A stretch of DNA of 64,000 nucleotides from assembly GCA_963728565.1 (NCBI GenBank), contig CAVSLC010000010.1, positions 192,001 to 256,000 of the forward strand, read 5' to 3'. Below, in pieces: positions 42,852 through 52,463 of the stretch. The notes under the pieces are model-generated. The model saw only the letters and a list, made by a program, of their open reading frames with translations. It searched no databases and was not told the DNA's origin. Source of the stretch: an uncultured delta proteobacterium (GTDB lineage Bacteria > Desulfobacterota > Binatia > UBA9968). A program made the position numbers and the translations under genes. Position 1 is the first letter of the stretch. Each line of letters begins with the position of its first letter.

Positions 42852-44303
42852 CTAGAACTTATATCGCACCCGGTACTGCAGTCTGGTCTCACCGTTTTTC
42901 GCGACGGGCAAATCGAACTGCGCCGTATGAGCGTCGGTTTTTTTATGGGTATGAGAGCTGCTCAGAATCTCCCAGTCGGACAGCATCGGTTCGATGACGT
43001 TCACGGTAACGGCTTCTTCCTTATGATTGCGCAGACTGATCTCGAATGCCGCTTCGTAAAGATTGTCGGCGAGCTTGCGCCAGTCGGTCTGCTTGCGCTG
43101 GCCGACGATGTCGAAGGCGTCGCCCATCTTGATCTTGATCGTTTCGTCCTTTGGCGTATGATCGATGCGGTCTTCGCCCACGAATTGCAGACTGCCATCG
43201 CTGTCGGCTTTGTAAACCCGCACAGTCCCTCTGGGCAGGGGCATGCCTAAATTATTTTCTTTCTTGTTGGCGATATCGACATAAACCTCAATCTTTTGGT
43301 TCGAGACCGGCGTGCCAAATCTGGACCGGAAATATTGCTGTGAGCCGCGATACACATACTGTTTGGTGATGGGAACCCCATCGGCTGATAAGAGGCTCAC
43401 TTGTTTTGTCTGGTTCTCCTTGATGGTCGTGGCTCTCTGCAGGCTATAAAGGTGATATTCAAAGAACGACTCCTCGCTAAACGGAGCGGCGGCCGGCTTT
43501 GCGGATAGTTCTGACAATGCTCGTACGGCGTCCGCAGCGCCGCGCCGTTCGATGACCCGATTGACGTCGCCGGCGACGAGCTTGAGGCGGGCGTTTTGAT
43601 AGCTCGCGCCGCTTTGATTGTCTAAGGTCACCCAACCGGAAAGGTCCAGGAGCTCGTCCTTACTGTCGAGAACGGCGACGTAATCGGCCCGCCAACTGAT
43701 GCCTTGAGTGAGATAGGTTGCCTCCAGCTTATGCCGCGCTGTGCCGCGGTTTTCCAATAACCAAACCAGGGTCGGATGAGAGATGAGGTTGTTGGGAATG
43801 TTGGGGAAGATCAGGTTGTGCGGCTGCCCTGTGAAGATACGTCCGCCCAATTTGTAAACGATACCCTGATTCACGCTGAGAATCATGATGGGAACTTCCA
43901 CGTTGTCTTTGAAAATCGTGAGCTCTTTGCCGACGAATTTCTCGAGCAGCTTCTGCGGAGTCAGCAGATCATACTCGTAGTTCTGTTCGAGAATCTGCAA
44001 ATGCTTGGGATCGCTCAGCGACTTGATATGCACGGTCTGCGGCATGATTTTCGCCGCCACTTCCCCGAACTTTAGCTGCGTGACGCCGCTTGGCAAGGTT
44101 AGACGTCTGGTGTCTTTTACCAAACCGAGATTGCTATTGTAGACGGTAAGCGAAAGTGTTTCCTGATCGGCGAGGCTGGTCGCGACTACAGCGCCGGTAG
44201 GATCGGCTGCATAGGCAAATATGCGCCACTCCGCTCCCGGCGCAAGCATTATAATCAAAGCGAGCGCCAAAAACTCTAAAGCGCTTCTGCGGCGTAATCT
44301 CAT
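42852..44303 (-). CDS. DUF4139/DUF4140 domain secreted protein
   Basis: Signal peptide, LTVYNSNLGLVKD, LEQNYEYDL, YLTQGISWRADY and GEDRIDHTPKDE. Confidence 0.8.
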   Translation of the reverse strand: MRLRRRSALEFLALALIIMLAPGAEWRIFAYAADPTGAVVATSLADQETLSLTVYNSNLGLVKDTRRLTLPSGVTQLKFGEVAAKIMPQTVHIKSLSDPKHLQILEQNYEYDLLTPQKLLEKFVGKELTIFKDNVEVPIMILSVNQGIVYKLGGRIFTGQPHNLIFPNIPNNLISHPTLVWLLENRGTARHKLEATYLTQGISWRADYVAVLDSKDELLDLSGWVTLDNQSGASYQNARLKLVAGDVNRVIERRGAADAVRALSELSAKPAAAPFSEESFFEYHLYSLQRATTIKENQTKQVSLLSADGVPITKQYVYRGSQQYFRSRFGTPVSNQKIEVYVDIANKKENNLGMPLPRGTVRVYKADSDGSLQFVGEDRIDHTPKDETIKIKMGDAFDIVGQRKQTDWRKLADNLYEAAFEISLRNHKEEAVTVNVIEPMLSDWEILSSSHTHKKTDAHTAQFDLPVAKNGETRLQYRVRYKF

Positions 44304-44346
44304 TGTTTCCTCCTGAAGCAGTGTTTCCGCGTTGCGATTTCTTTGA

Positions 44347-44375
44347 TTAGACTTAGCCAGGAAGAAAAATGTTCC
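44347..44375 (-). promoter_or_regulatory. ECF sigma promoter upstream of the DUF4139 gene
   Basis: GGAAC-N18-GTCTAA on the minus strand. Confidence 0.65.
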
Positions 44376-44376
44376 G

Positions 44377-44507
44377 AGCACGCTGCTGAAAAAGCCTCAT
44401 ATGCTTCGTTGCGCTCGCCCGACTTGCTTCAACGTATTGAAGCGTACGCCTCAGCTCATCGAACGGTCGCGCGCCTAGCCTCTGAATCTTTTTGAGCAGC
44501 CTGCTAG
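44377..44507. mobile_element. MITE-like palindromic repeat, copy 2
   Basis: GCACGCTGCTGAAAAAG...CTTTTTGAGCAGCCTGCTAG; interior similar to the reverse complement of copy 1. Confidence 0.75.
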
Positions 44508-44508
44508 G

Positions 44509-45729
44509 CTAGCGACTGGAAGGGGAGTCTGCTGAAGACAGCGGCGGGAGAATTGTTACCTTGATGCGAAGTTGATCCGCCGGCTTTACCTCGTTCTTGT
44601 GAGCCGGCGCCGGCAATTCGCTTTCGACATTACCCAAACCTGCAAGTTCTTTCTTGAATCCCTCATATTGGCCGGACCGGATAGTAACCCAGATACTTTG
44701 TGGCTGATCGGTTGCAATGGCGCGCTGCCGCGCCTGATCGAGATCTTTGAATTCACCCTCTACCGGCGAAGGTCGCGGCTCTATCTGAGGACGTTCCAAT
44801 TCCAATGGCGCTGCTGCGGTTTCGTCACCCCGGGCCGGCCCTTTTAGACGCAGCGTCAATTCACGGCCGGCCGGGAACGCTAACCCGGTCCTGCCGGATT
44901 TAAGAGCATCTAAGGAACTGGAAGGTCGCTTCTCCGCGGGCGCGGCAGACGATGAGGGATCTCTGGCGGAGGCGGTGTCCTTATGATCGGTATGCTTGTC
45001 CTGCGGAACTGCTGTCGCTGCCGGTGGCGCATGCGCGTTGAAAGGCGAAAGCTGTTCTCGGCGAGGGGATGCAACGTCGCCTGCCGCTGAGGATTGTTTC
45101 TCTAATTTGGAAGGAGCGAGAGAGCGGCCCGTCCCATCGGCAGGACCAGCCGGCGGAGCGCCAGGCTGAATGCCGCCGATTGCCTGTTCTGCTGGTTCGG
45201 CAGGCGATCGAGGCTGTTCTGTTTGCGGTAAACCTTTCACTCCCGGTTTCTGCGCTCCTGCCTCCTGGGCGTTTTCCGCATCGGTTTTAAGTGCACGCGC
45301 TCGGCGGTCGGACGGCGGCAATTTGTCCGCTTCCGCTTGTTTTTGCAGACCATTCGGAGGCGTAATGGTAGTCGTTGTCGATTGACGGTGGCCGGCCTCT
45401 TTCTGATAAATGAAAACGGCCAGAACACCGATCAGAACCACCGCCGTGGCTTGTAGTGGAAGCTTAAGTTGCAGTGGTGAAAATAAACGCTGCCATAGGT
45501 TGGACCGATGGGCCGTGTCACGAACTTCTGCCATGACCCGGCTTGTGAAGCCTGCCGGCGGCTCGACCGGCGGCAAAGCCGACACGAGTCGTCGGCATGC
45601 AGCAACTGCGGCCAACTCTTGCCGGCACCGAGCACAGGCGGCAAGATGATCGTTCACTTTGCGCAGCCGCTCATCGCTGCTGTGATCCAACAAATTCGCA
45701 AAGTATTTCCGTGCCTCGAGGCAATTCAT
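44509..45729 (-). CDS. Anti-sigma factor with zf-HC2 N-terminus and TM helix
   Basis: MNCLEAR...HLAACARC (HxxxCxxC), a TM helix, and position downstream of the ECF sigma gene. Confidence 0.85.
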   Translation of the reverse strand: MNCLEARKYFANLLDHSSDERLRKVNDHLAACARCRQELAAVAACRRLVSALPPVEPPAGFTSRVMAEVRDTAHRSNLWQRLFSPLQLKLPLQATAVVLIGVLAVFIYQKEAGHRQSTTTTITPPNGLQKQAEADKLPPSDRRARALKTDAENAQEAGAQKPGVKGLPQTEQPRSPAEPAEQAIGGIQPGAPPAGPADGTGRSLAPSKLEKQSSAAGDVASPRREQLSPFNAHAPPAATAVPQDKHTDHKDTASARDPSSSAAPAEKRPSSSLDALKSGRTGLAFPAGRELTLRLKGPARGDETAAAPLELERPQIEPRPSPVEGEFKDLDQARQRAIATDQPQSIWVTIRSGQYEGFKKELAGLGNVESELPAPAHKNEVKPADQLRIKVTILPPLSSADSPSSR

Positions 45730-46316
45730 GAAACTTTCCGATGGCGGGTGAAGTAGGGCGCAAGGCTGATTCTCAACGCTTGTCGCGCCCGGTGCAGTCG
45801 CGATTTCACGGTGCCGACGGGCACATCAAGCGTCTGGGCGATGTCCTCATAGGAAACGTCTTGTAGATCCCGGAGCAGAATGATTTGCGCGTCATCACCA
45901 TCCAGACTGTTCAGCGCTTGTTGCACGCATTGCTGGATTTCCTTCCGTTCCGCACTGGTCTCAGGATCTGCGCCGCAGTCGACCAGCACCGCGTCGTCCT
46001 CCAGCGCAACCTGTCGCTGTAGTTTGCTGCTCAAGCTTTTCCGGCGGCTACTGGCGTGGTTAAAAGCGATCCGATAGAGCCAAGTGGAAAATGTCGCGTC
46101 GCCGCGAAACTGCTGAATCGATTTGTAAGCCGAGAGGAATACTTCTTGGGCCGTTTCGGTGGCTTCATCATAGTCTCCCAAAAACCGATAAATCAGGTTG
46201 AAAGTCGTGTTTTGGTGTCGCCGCACCAAAATCTCGAAGGATTGGGTGTCGCCCCGTTGAACGCGCTTGACGCATTCCGCGTCACCTATTTCCTCAGCGA
46301 GCATGGACCTGTTCAT
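45726..46316 (-). CDS. ECF RNA polymerase sigma factor (RpoE/SigW-like)
   Basis: AQEVFL, FSTWLYRIAFN and SYEDIAQTLDVPVGTVKSRLHRAR. The start may be 46304. Confidence 0.93.
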   Translation of the reverse strand: MNRSMLAEEIGDAECVKRVQRGDTQSFEILVRRHQNTTFNLIYRFLGDYDEATETAQEVFLSAYKSIQQFRGDATFSTWLYRIAFNHASSRRKSLSSKLQRQVALEDDAVLVDCGADPETSAERKEIQQCVQQALNSLDGDDAQIILLRDLQDVSYEDIAQTLDVPVGTVKSRLHRARQALRISLAPYFTRHRKVS

Positions 46317-46319
46317 TTA

Positions 46320-46347
46320 TTAGACGGTGCGGTTCGAAAAAAGTTCC
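46320..46347 (-). promoter_or_regulatory. ECF autoregulatory promoter
   Basis: GGAACTT-N15-GTCTAA immediately upstream of the sigma gene. Confidence 0.7.
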
Positions 46348-46425
46348 CCCGCGGTTTAGATCGGCAATTAAACGCGGCTTTTCGCGGGGTACCAGAATGT
46401 AGCGACGAGAACACACTCGAAGCCG

Positions 46426-46501
46426 TCACCCCCCGAATGCATTAATTGGGGGTCCAGGTCCGGTCTGGCCTGGATTCCCGATAGAAGCATTCGGCAATGA
46501 C
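46426..46501. repeat. REP-like palindromic element
   Basis: GTCACCCCCCGAATGC...GGGGGTCCAGG...CCTGGATTCCCG...GCATTCGGCAATGAC. Confidence 0.65.
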
Positions 46502-46559
46502 TGAGTTTAACAGATCCGAGAATGACTCTTTGGACAAGCGCGAATAATGAACCGTCTGA

Positions 46560-47492
46560 TTAAACCGCTTCTTTCCACAGATGGGTGAACTCGATCGCGA
46601 CCACTCTGTCGTAAGTCACCGGAGCTGACAGCAGCCCGATGTCGGTAGCGAAACGATTCATGCTGGTAATTTTTTCTTCGGTGATGGTCGGATCGTAGTA
46701 GGGAAGATCTCGCCGGATCAACTCGGCGATGAGTTCGGCTTCCGCAGGAGGGAAGCGTTTTTTGCCGACCTCGGTAGCCAGACTGATGTCTTGTTTGAGC
46801 GCCTTGTGCGCCTTGATGATGGCGCGGATCGCCGCGGCAGCGGTTTCGGGTTCCTCTTGGATTCTTTTTTCGGTGGTCACCAATGCCGGAAACGTATAGT
46901 GACGCGCCGGAGGAGGGCCGTCCCCGCGACGCACATCGATAACCATCGTTCCGACGCCGCGCCGCAACGCGACTTCGCATCCCATGCCGTTGGCCCAGAA
47001 TCCATCGAGCTTGCCGTCTTCCAGGGCCTTTGCCGCAGAGAGCCCGAAAGAAACGTCGGGTCCGGCAGCGCCCGGAATCGGCATGATTTGCACATTGTTT
47101 TTTGCCGGATCGATGCCGGCTTCAACCAGCATTCGTTGCAAGCTCAAGTCGACGCCCGGAGCGGCGCCGATGCGCAGCCCTTTGACGATACTCAAATCAC
47201 CGCGTTGGGGATTGAGATCCTTGCGAATCACCAAGAACCAGTAGGTATGCTGGGCGATTGCGGCAAGTAGTTTCGCGCCGTTCCAATCTGGAAAGGCCAA
47301 TAGCGTGGCATGCGCCGAGCCGACGACAAAATCGAGCTGCCCGTCGCGCAATGCCGCGAAGGTTTTCGGCACCGGAAACAACAAGTCGACGCTGGCGTCG
47401 AGACCCTCAGATTTGAAAAAGCCCAACTCGACAGCGGCAATGGCCGGGAAATAAGAGTTCGATACTAAATCAGGTACGGCGATTCGGATCAT
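46560..47492 (-). CDS. NMT1-like ABC substrate-binding protein (no signal peptide)
   Basis: AVELGFFKSEGLD and VKGLRIGAAPG. Confidence 0.8.
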   Translation of the reverse strand: MIRIAVPDLVSNSYFPAIAAVELGFFKSEGLDASVDLLFPVPKTFAALRDGQLDFVVGSAHATLLAFPDWNGAKLLAAIAQHTYWFLVIRKDLNPQRGDLSIVKGLRIGAAPGVDLSLQRMLVEAGIDPAKNNVQIMPIPGAAGPDVSFGLSAAKALEDGKLDGFWANGMGCEVALRRGVGTMVIDVRRGDGPPPARHYTFPALVTTEKRIQEEPETAAAAIRAIIKAHKALKQDISLATEVGKKRFPPAEAELIAELIRRDLPYYDPTITEEKITSMNRFATDIGLLSAPVTYDRVVAIEFTHLWKEAV

Positions 47493-47532
47493 TTTTTCCT
47501 CAACAAGTTTTTCGGTGACTCGTAATCCGACG

Positions 47533-47599
47533 TTGAACCCTGAACCTTTGAACTGTTGAACCGATTTTGGTTCAACAGTTCAAAGGTTCAACCGTTCAA
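47533..47599. repeat. Inverted tandem-octamer element (TTGAAC..)n/(GTTCAA..)n
   Basis: 22-bp perfect stem at 47541-47562 and 47569-47590 with a 6-nt loop. Confidence 0.9.
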
Positions 47600-47630
47600 T
47601 GTCAGTCAATGATTATAGTTGGTGCCCGGT

Positions 47631-47981
47631 TTAGTCGGCCAGCGGCACAGTCATAAAAACATGGGGCTCGGATCCGAGCACGCGGGACGTATGCCCCTCG
47701 CCGGTGGTGTCATCGGCGAGCATGACATCACCGGTCTTGAAGATCCGCTTGACGCCGTTGCTGGCTTCGATTTCCCATGAACCGGATAGTGTCACCAGGA
47801 ATTGGCGCCGTGGCGCCGGGTGGCGATCGAGAAAAAGCCCGGCGGGCGCGGAGCGAAAGATCGCGCTGGTTGCGGCTCGAGCTTCGGTCGTCAGCATCGG
47901 TTGATTGCCGCCAAAGTTGAGCTCGATTTCTTCGAAATGCGACTTTTGATCGTTACCCGTATACAGCCTGACGATTTTCAT
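47631..47981 (-). CDS. Cupin-like protein
   Basis: RLYTGNDQKSHFEEI, HPAPRRQF and DTTGEGH. Confidence 0.8.
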   Translation of the reverse strand: MKIVRLYTGNDQKSHFEEIELNFGGNQPMLTTEARAATSAIFRSAPAGLFLDRHPAPRRQFLVTLSGSWEIEASNGVKRIFKTGDVMLADDTTGEGHTSRVLGSEPHVFMTVPLAD

Positions 47982-48013
47982 TATGTGCTCCTGTAAAATA
48001 AGTTAGCTGCGCA

Positions 48014-48436
48014 TTAAACTTTGAATTGAAGGCCGGCTGCCTGGATGCCGGTGATGACACAAGCCTCGTCTTCATCGGCGGTCGCGCCGCTGGCGCCGGC
48101 GGCGCCGAGAATAACTTCACCATCCATGATCAATACGCCGCCGGCAACCGGAACGACCTTGCCGCCAGTCATCGCTGATAGCGCGTTGAGAAAAGCCGGA
48201 AGCTCCTTCAGCCGATTGCCCAGGTGACGGCTCGATTCTCCCATGCCGATAGCGCCCCATGCTTTGCTGATCGCGATCTGCGGTCGCAAAATGCTGGCGC
48301 CGTCATCACGCTTGAGAGCTTTTAAGTTGCCGCCATCATCAAGGACCGCGACGCAGAGCGGTCTGATCTTGGACTTCCGCGCATTCTCTAGCGCGGCATC
48401 GACGATAATGTTTGCTTTAGCCAAATCAAGTTTCAT
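48014..48436 (-). CDS. GlcG/HbpS family heme-binding protein
   Basis: VAVLDDGGNL...IAISKAWGA...GAAGASGATADEDEAC. Confidence 0.85.
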   Translation of the reverse strand: MKLDLAKANIIVDAALENARKSKIRPLCVAVLDDGGNLKALKRDDGASILRPQIAISKAWGAIGMGESSRHLGNRLKELPAFLNALSAMTGGKVVPVAGGVLIMDGEVILGAAGASGATADEDEACVITGIQAAGLQFKV

Positions 48437-48482
48437 AAGATCTCCGGTTCTAGGCAATTTCGAATCTACTGAATGGGTCAAT

Positions 48483-49115
48483 TCAAAGCGGTACTTGCCG
48501 CTTGTCCATCGCGCGCCGCCACGTTTCGTCTGTTTGCTTAGAGAAAATAATCTCCTTATCGGCGGGAATAGAAAACCAGGCCTTATTCTGAAGCTCTTGC
48601 TCTAACTGGTCGGGTGCCCAGCCGGCATAGCCGACGATCAACAAAAACTGGCGAGGCCCTTTGCCTAGAGAAATATCTCGAATCATCGTCGCATCCGAAG
48701 TGATTGCCAGGCCATTGTCGACTCTGGTCGAGTTCTCCCGCACGACATCGTCGCTATGCAGCACAAAACCCTGACGCGGGCTCACTGGGCCCCCGTAGTG
48801 AATCGTGATTTCTCCCTTGCCGCCTTTTTCGTCGACGCCGAAACCGGCGAGCACTTCTTCGATGGGCGCGGTAGCCAAGACGCGATTGATCACCAGGCCG
48901 AAAGCGCCTTCACGGTCATGCCTCACAATATAGATAACCGATTCGGAAAAGCGCCGATCTTTCATGTTCGGCAGAGCCACTAAAAGCCGACCGGTGAGAG
49001 AGTTCTCCTGCTCGGCCGCGACGACTTCTGGCGCCTGAGCGAGCGCGGCGAGGACAAGCAGTTGGCTGCACAAGCGCAGGAGCGGATTGGGCAGAACTAA
49101 TTTGTGGATTGCCAT
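48483..49115 (-). CDS. YqgE/AlgH family protein with N-terminal signal-like segment
   Basis: GRLLVALP, GLVINR, GGPV and GYAGWAPDQLEQEL. Confidence 0.85.
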   Translation of the reverse strand: MAIHKLVLPNPLLRLCSQLLVLAALAQAPEVVAAEQENSLTGRLLVALPNMKDRRFSESVIYIVRHDREGAFGLVINRVLATAPIEEVLAGFGVDEKGGKGEITIHYGGPVSPRQGFVLHSDDVVRENSTRVDNGLAITSDATMIRDISLGKGPRQFLLIVGYAGWAPDQLEQELQNKAWFSIPADKEIIFSKQTDETWRRAMDKRQVPL

Positions 49116-49139
49116 GGTTTCAAGGGAGAAGCTTGTTCA

Positions 49140-49571
49140 TTATCCGCGCCGCTTCGGTCCCACGTCGTCTATGCGGATGCGAATGATGACCCGTTTCTCG
49201 CGCGCCATTCGTTGGTGGAACGACGGCCAGTCGCGGTTTTCGCCTTTGGCTTGGCGTTCTAAGTACACCAATGTCTCCATCGCGTGCGGCAGCGATAAAA
49301 TTTCAGCGTTGCCGTTGATTTGCACCCAGCCTTCGCCGTGGAACTCGTTGGTGAAGACACACACCGCGGCCCGTGGATCACGCCGCAGATTGTTGACCTT
49401 GTATGCGGTTTCCCGGCTGCTGATGACGGCGCATCCGGCAGAATCGATGCCAACGGTAACCGGCGACATCTGCAATGACCCTTCCTTTCTCCGGGTCGTC
49501 AACACGCCCCAATGATGCCGGGCCAAAAAGTCTTTCGCGGTCGGGATATCCATCGGCGCAAATTCAACCAT
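49140..49571 (-). CDS. PPOX-class (F420/FMN-dependent) oxidoreductase
   Basis: VLTTRRKEGSLQMSPV and KVNNLRRDPRA. Confidence 0.85.
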   Translation of the reverse strand: MVEFAPMDIPTAKDFLARHHWGVLTTRRKEGSLQMSPVTVGIDSAGCAVISSRETAYKVNNLRRDPRAAVCVFTNEFHGEGWVQINGNAEILSLPHAMETLVYLERQAKGENRDWPSFHQRMAREKRVIIRIRIDDVGPKRRG

Positions 49572-49740
49572 GCTATTCCTATAGGCTGCAGGTAAACTTT
49601 TGACAAGCTAGAATAGCCGAGCGCTGTATTGCAAGAGCCTCTTCCGGGGTTGTCACGTGGCGCTGCCCGTTGTCATCCGCCTTGACCGTTCTCGCGCCAT
49701 CACCTATAAACAGACAGGTGTTGAGACAAATTCTGTGGCA

Positions 49741-50421
49741 ATGAAAATCCCAAATATGCCGATGCCGGAAATACTGCCGATCTTTCCGTTGACCGGAGTT
49801 TTGGTTTTGCCCGGAACGGTGCTGCCGTTGCACATCTTTGAGCCGCGTTACCGCAACATGGTGGAAGATGCCCTGGATGGAGACAAGGTGTTCGGCATGA
49901 TTCAACCGTTCGTGCCGCAACCGGATAATCAGCCGCGGCCGGGCGCCGAAAGGGAATCACCGGATCTATACAAGATCGGTTGCGCCGGGTACATCGAAAA
50001 ATACGAGAAATCTGCTGACGGCCGCTTCTTTATTCAACTCAAGGGCGTCAACCGCTTTAGATTCGAAGAGGAGCTCGAACTGCGACGCGGGTATCGGCGT
50101 GTCAAAGCCATCTATAGCGAATTTCCCGATGCGGCCCTGCCGGAGGGTTGGAACTGCGAGCGCGACGCGATACTGCAGGCGCTGACGTTATACGGGCAAG
50201 CTCACGGCATGCAGGTCAAACCGGAGCAGGCGCAGCGCTTCTCGGATCTGGAACTGGTGAATCTTTTGTCAGTCTCGTTGCCGTTTCATCCGCCGGAGAA
50301 ACAAGCGTTGCTGGAAGCGCAAACTCTGAAAGACAGGGAGAATACGCTGATCAATCTGCTTCGACTCGGCGGCGGCCAAGCGGATCCCGATTCGGATATA
50401 ACACCTCGCACCTTGAACTGA
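49741..50421 (+). CDS. LON peptidase substrate-binding domain protein
   Basis: LPIFPL, LPLHIFEPRYRNMV and EKQALLEA. Confidence 0.88.
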   Translation: MKIPNMPMPEILPIFPLTGVLVLPGTVLPLHIFEPRYRNMVEDALDGDKVFGMIQPFVPQPDNQPRPGAERESPDLYKIGCAGYIEKYEKSADGRFFIQLKGVNRFRFEEELELRRGYRRVKAIYSEFPDAALPEGWNCERDAILQALTLYGQAHGMQVKPEQAQRFSDLELVNLLSVSLPFHPPEKQALLEAQTLKDRENTLINLLRLGGGQADPDSDITPRTLN

Positions 50422-50424
50422 TCC

Positions 50425-50536
50425 CAGGCTGCTGAAGATTCTAGGCTGCGTAACGCTCGATCAATTCTCGACAAGCGGAAGGCTGCATTCCGCGTCAGAT
50501 TTCGCGCTTCATCCTTCGAGATCTTTGAGCAGCCTG
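50425..50536. mobile_element. MITE-like palindromic repeat, copy 3 (divergent interior)
   Basis: CAGGCTGCTGAAGAT...ATCTTTGAGCAGCCTG. Confidence 0.65.
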
Positions 50537-50560
50537 CGGCGCTAAGAGTCGCAGAGCGTT

Positions 50561-51376
50561 TCAATTCTCCGACATATCGATCAGCACACCATCGGGATCC
50601 GATATGAAGTGTTGGCCGAGGCAACATTTGCGGAAATCGTTTTCGATCAGTTGGCCGTGCAAGCCCACCGTGAGTTTTCGTGGCGCTGCCTGCGGCGAAG
50701 AAGCGGTTAGCGCGTCGAGATCATCGGCCGCAGCTTTGAGATTTTCCACTTTGAATCCGACATGGTCGAGACCTTCTCGCAGGCCGCGGTAAAGGCCGTT
50801 GTCGCGAGGTCGAAGCAATAATTTAACTTTGCCGTCGGTCATGCAGATAGAGCCGTCATCGCGATAAGTCTCTGCTTCTTTTAGTTCGAAGACCTTTTCA
50901 TAGAACTCCGCCACTGCCATTGGATTATCAGCGCGAATCGATAAATGATTGATCCAGCGCGGTTGATCCCAGCCGCTTTCGTTGTAGCCTTCTCGGACAT
51001 TGCCTATATGCGCTTGCGCAATGTCGAACTGGGTGCCGGCGGGATCGTAGCTGCGCAATCCGGCAAACGGCACATATTCCAATCCTTTGGCGATCTTTAC
51101 GTCCGGATAGTATTGCTCCATCCGGCGAACGAAATCCTTGATATCGGTCACTTCGAATCCATAATGGTCCATGCCCGACTGTATCCCGGCGTATCGCGGC
51201 AGAATGGCCATGCCGATGACGCCGTCGCTGATGTGCCCGCGGTTGGTATTTTGCTTGCCTGTTTCATCGACAGTGCCGCTGGTCATCCGTTTCATGCCAA
51301 AAATCGTTTGGTAGAAATGGGTCACGGCGGCGTGATCGTGAGTGTACATCGCTAGATGGCGGATTTTTGCGAACAT
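50561..51376 (-). CDS. Two-domain VOC/glyoxalase family protein
   Basis: IRHLAM, DHYGF, INHLSI, LDHVGF and DPDG. Confidence 0.8.
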   Translation of the reverse strand: MFAKIRHLAMYTHDHAAVTHFYQTIFGMKRMTSGTVDETGKQNTNRGHISDGVIGMAILPRYAGIQSGMDHYGFEVTDIKDFVRRMEQYYPDVKIAKGLEYVPFAGLRSYDPAGTQFDIAQAHIGNVREGYNESGWDQPRWINHLSIRADNPMAVAEFYEKVFELKEAETYRDDGSICMTDGKVKLLLRPRDNGLYRGLREGLDHVGFKVENLKAAADDLDALTASSPQAAPRKLTVGLHGQLIENDFRKCCLGQHFISDPDGVLIDMSEN

Positions 51377-51486
51377 ACCGGACCTCCTTGCGATACTACC
51401 GTCCATCTAAGTTAGCGGACGGTGTTTGTCAATCATCCTGAATTCGAAACGTTAGTTCCCACGTATTAATTGTCAAACTGGCTTGC

Positions 51487-52299
51487 TCATCTTGCCGCCA
51501 AAAAGCTCCGAATTGCTCCGTGAGCTGCATCCGGATTGGTGAAGAAATAGTTGTGCGCTTCACCCGGAATTTCTACGAAATCGGCATTGGCAAGGCCGCG
51601 CGCCAGAACATCCGCGTCCTTGCGATGCGAACTTCCGGTTGAGGACACATGGTCATCGGAACCGACCATGACCAGGGTTGGCAGTTTGATGTCTTCGAGA
51701 CGATCGGTAGTGTCATGTTCCTGCCTTGCGATGACGTGGCGTAAATAACTTTCCAGCGGTGGAAGATTTGCCATACGAACCTTAAGGAAGTGTTCGACCT
51801 TATCGCGATTCTGTTTGAGGTAGGCCGGGGTCCAGCCGACTTCAAGAGTGTGTTCTCGCACATAGCGTTCATAGCCGAGCTCGACCATTTCCTTGCATAA
51901 CTGGAAAGGGATTCCCTTGGCCATTCCCGGATGACCGGCGCCGCTCGACGCAATAATCAGTTTCTTAACCTTGGTGGGATGTTTCAATGCCAATAATTGA
52001 ACGATTCTGCCGCCCATCGAATGGCCGCAAACGATTGCCGGTCCCGCGTTTAGATGATCAAGAATGGCGATGGCGTCCTCGACGAAGTCGTCCGTCGAGT
52101 ATGGGACGGTCGGTTTAGTCGAGCGCCCTGTGCCCCGATAATCGTGAGTGATCACCTTGTGATCGCGGCAAAATTCCGGCACCTGGAAAATATTCCAGAC
52201 ATCGCCGGCGCAGGCGGTTTCGCTAAAAAACATCATCGGCGCGCCCTGACCATGAGTTTCGAAAAAGATTTCAACCTCTTTACGTTTGATGAAAGGCAT
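51487..52299 (-). CDS. Alpha/beta hydrolase
   Basis: DYRGTGRS, GHSMGG and GEAH. Confidence 0.88.
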   Translation of the reverse strand: MPFIKRKEVEIFFETHGQGAPMMFFSETACAGDVWNIFQVPEFCRDHKVITHDYRGTGRSTKPTVPYSTDDFVEDAIAILDHLNAGPAIVCGHSMGGRIVQLLALKHPTKVKKLIIASSGAGHPGMAKGIPFQLCKEMVELGYERYVREHTLEVGWTPAYLKQNRDKVEHFLKVRMANLPPLESYLRHVIARQEHDTTDRLEDIKLPTLVMVGSDDHVSSTGSSHRKDADVLARGLANADFVEIPGEAHNYFFTNPDAAHGAIRSFLAAR

Positions 52300-52463
52300 G
52301 AGCGGGTTCCCTTCCCGAGTGTCTGCAGTCCAATTACGACGGTCACTCGGCAAATGCAATCGTTGTCTGATGTGCTCGTTGGCCATGTAAAAACTCCGGA
52401 TCCAAGATTTGACATCTGCACCGGCGCTGTGCGAGTAAGCATTGTCGGCGAGGTTTACGATAC

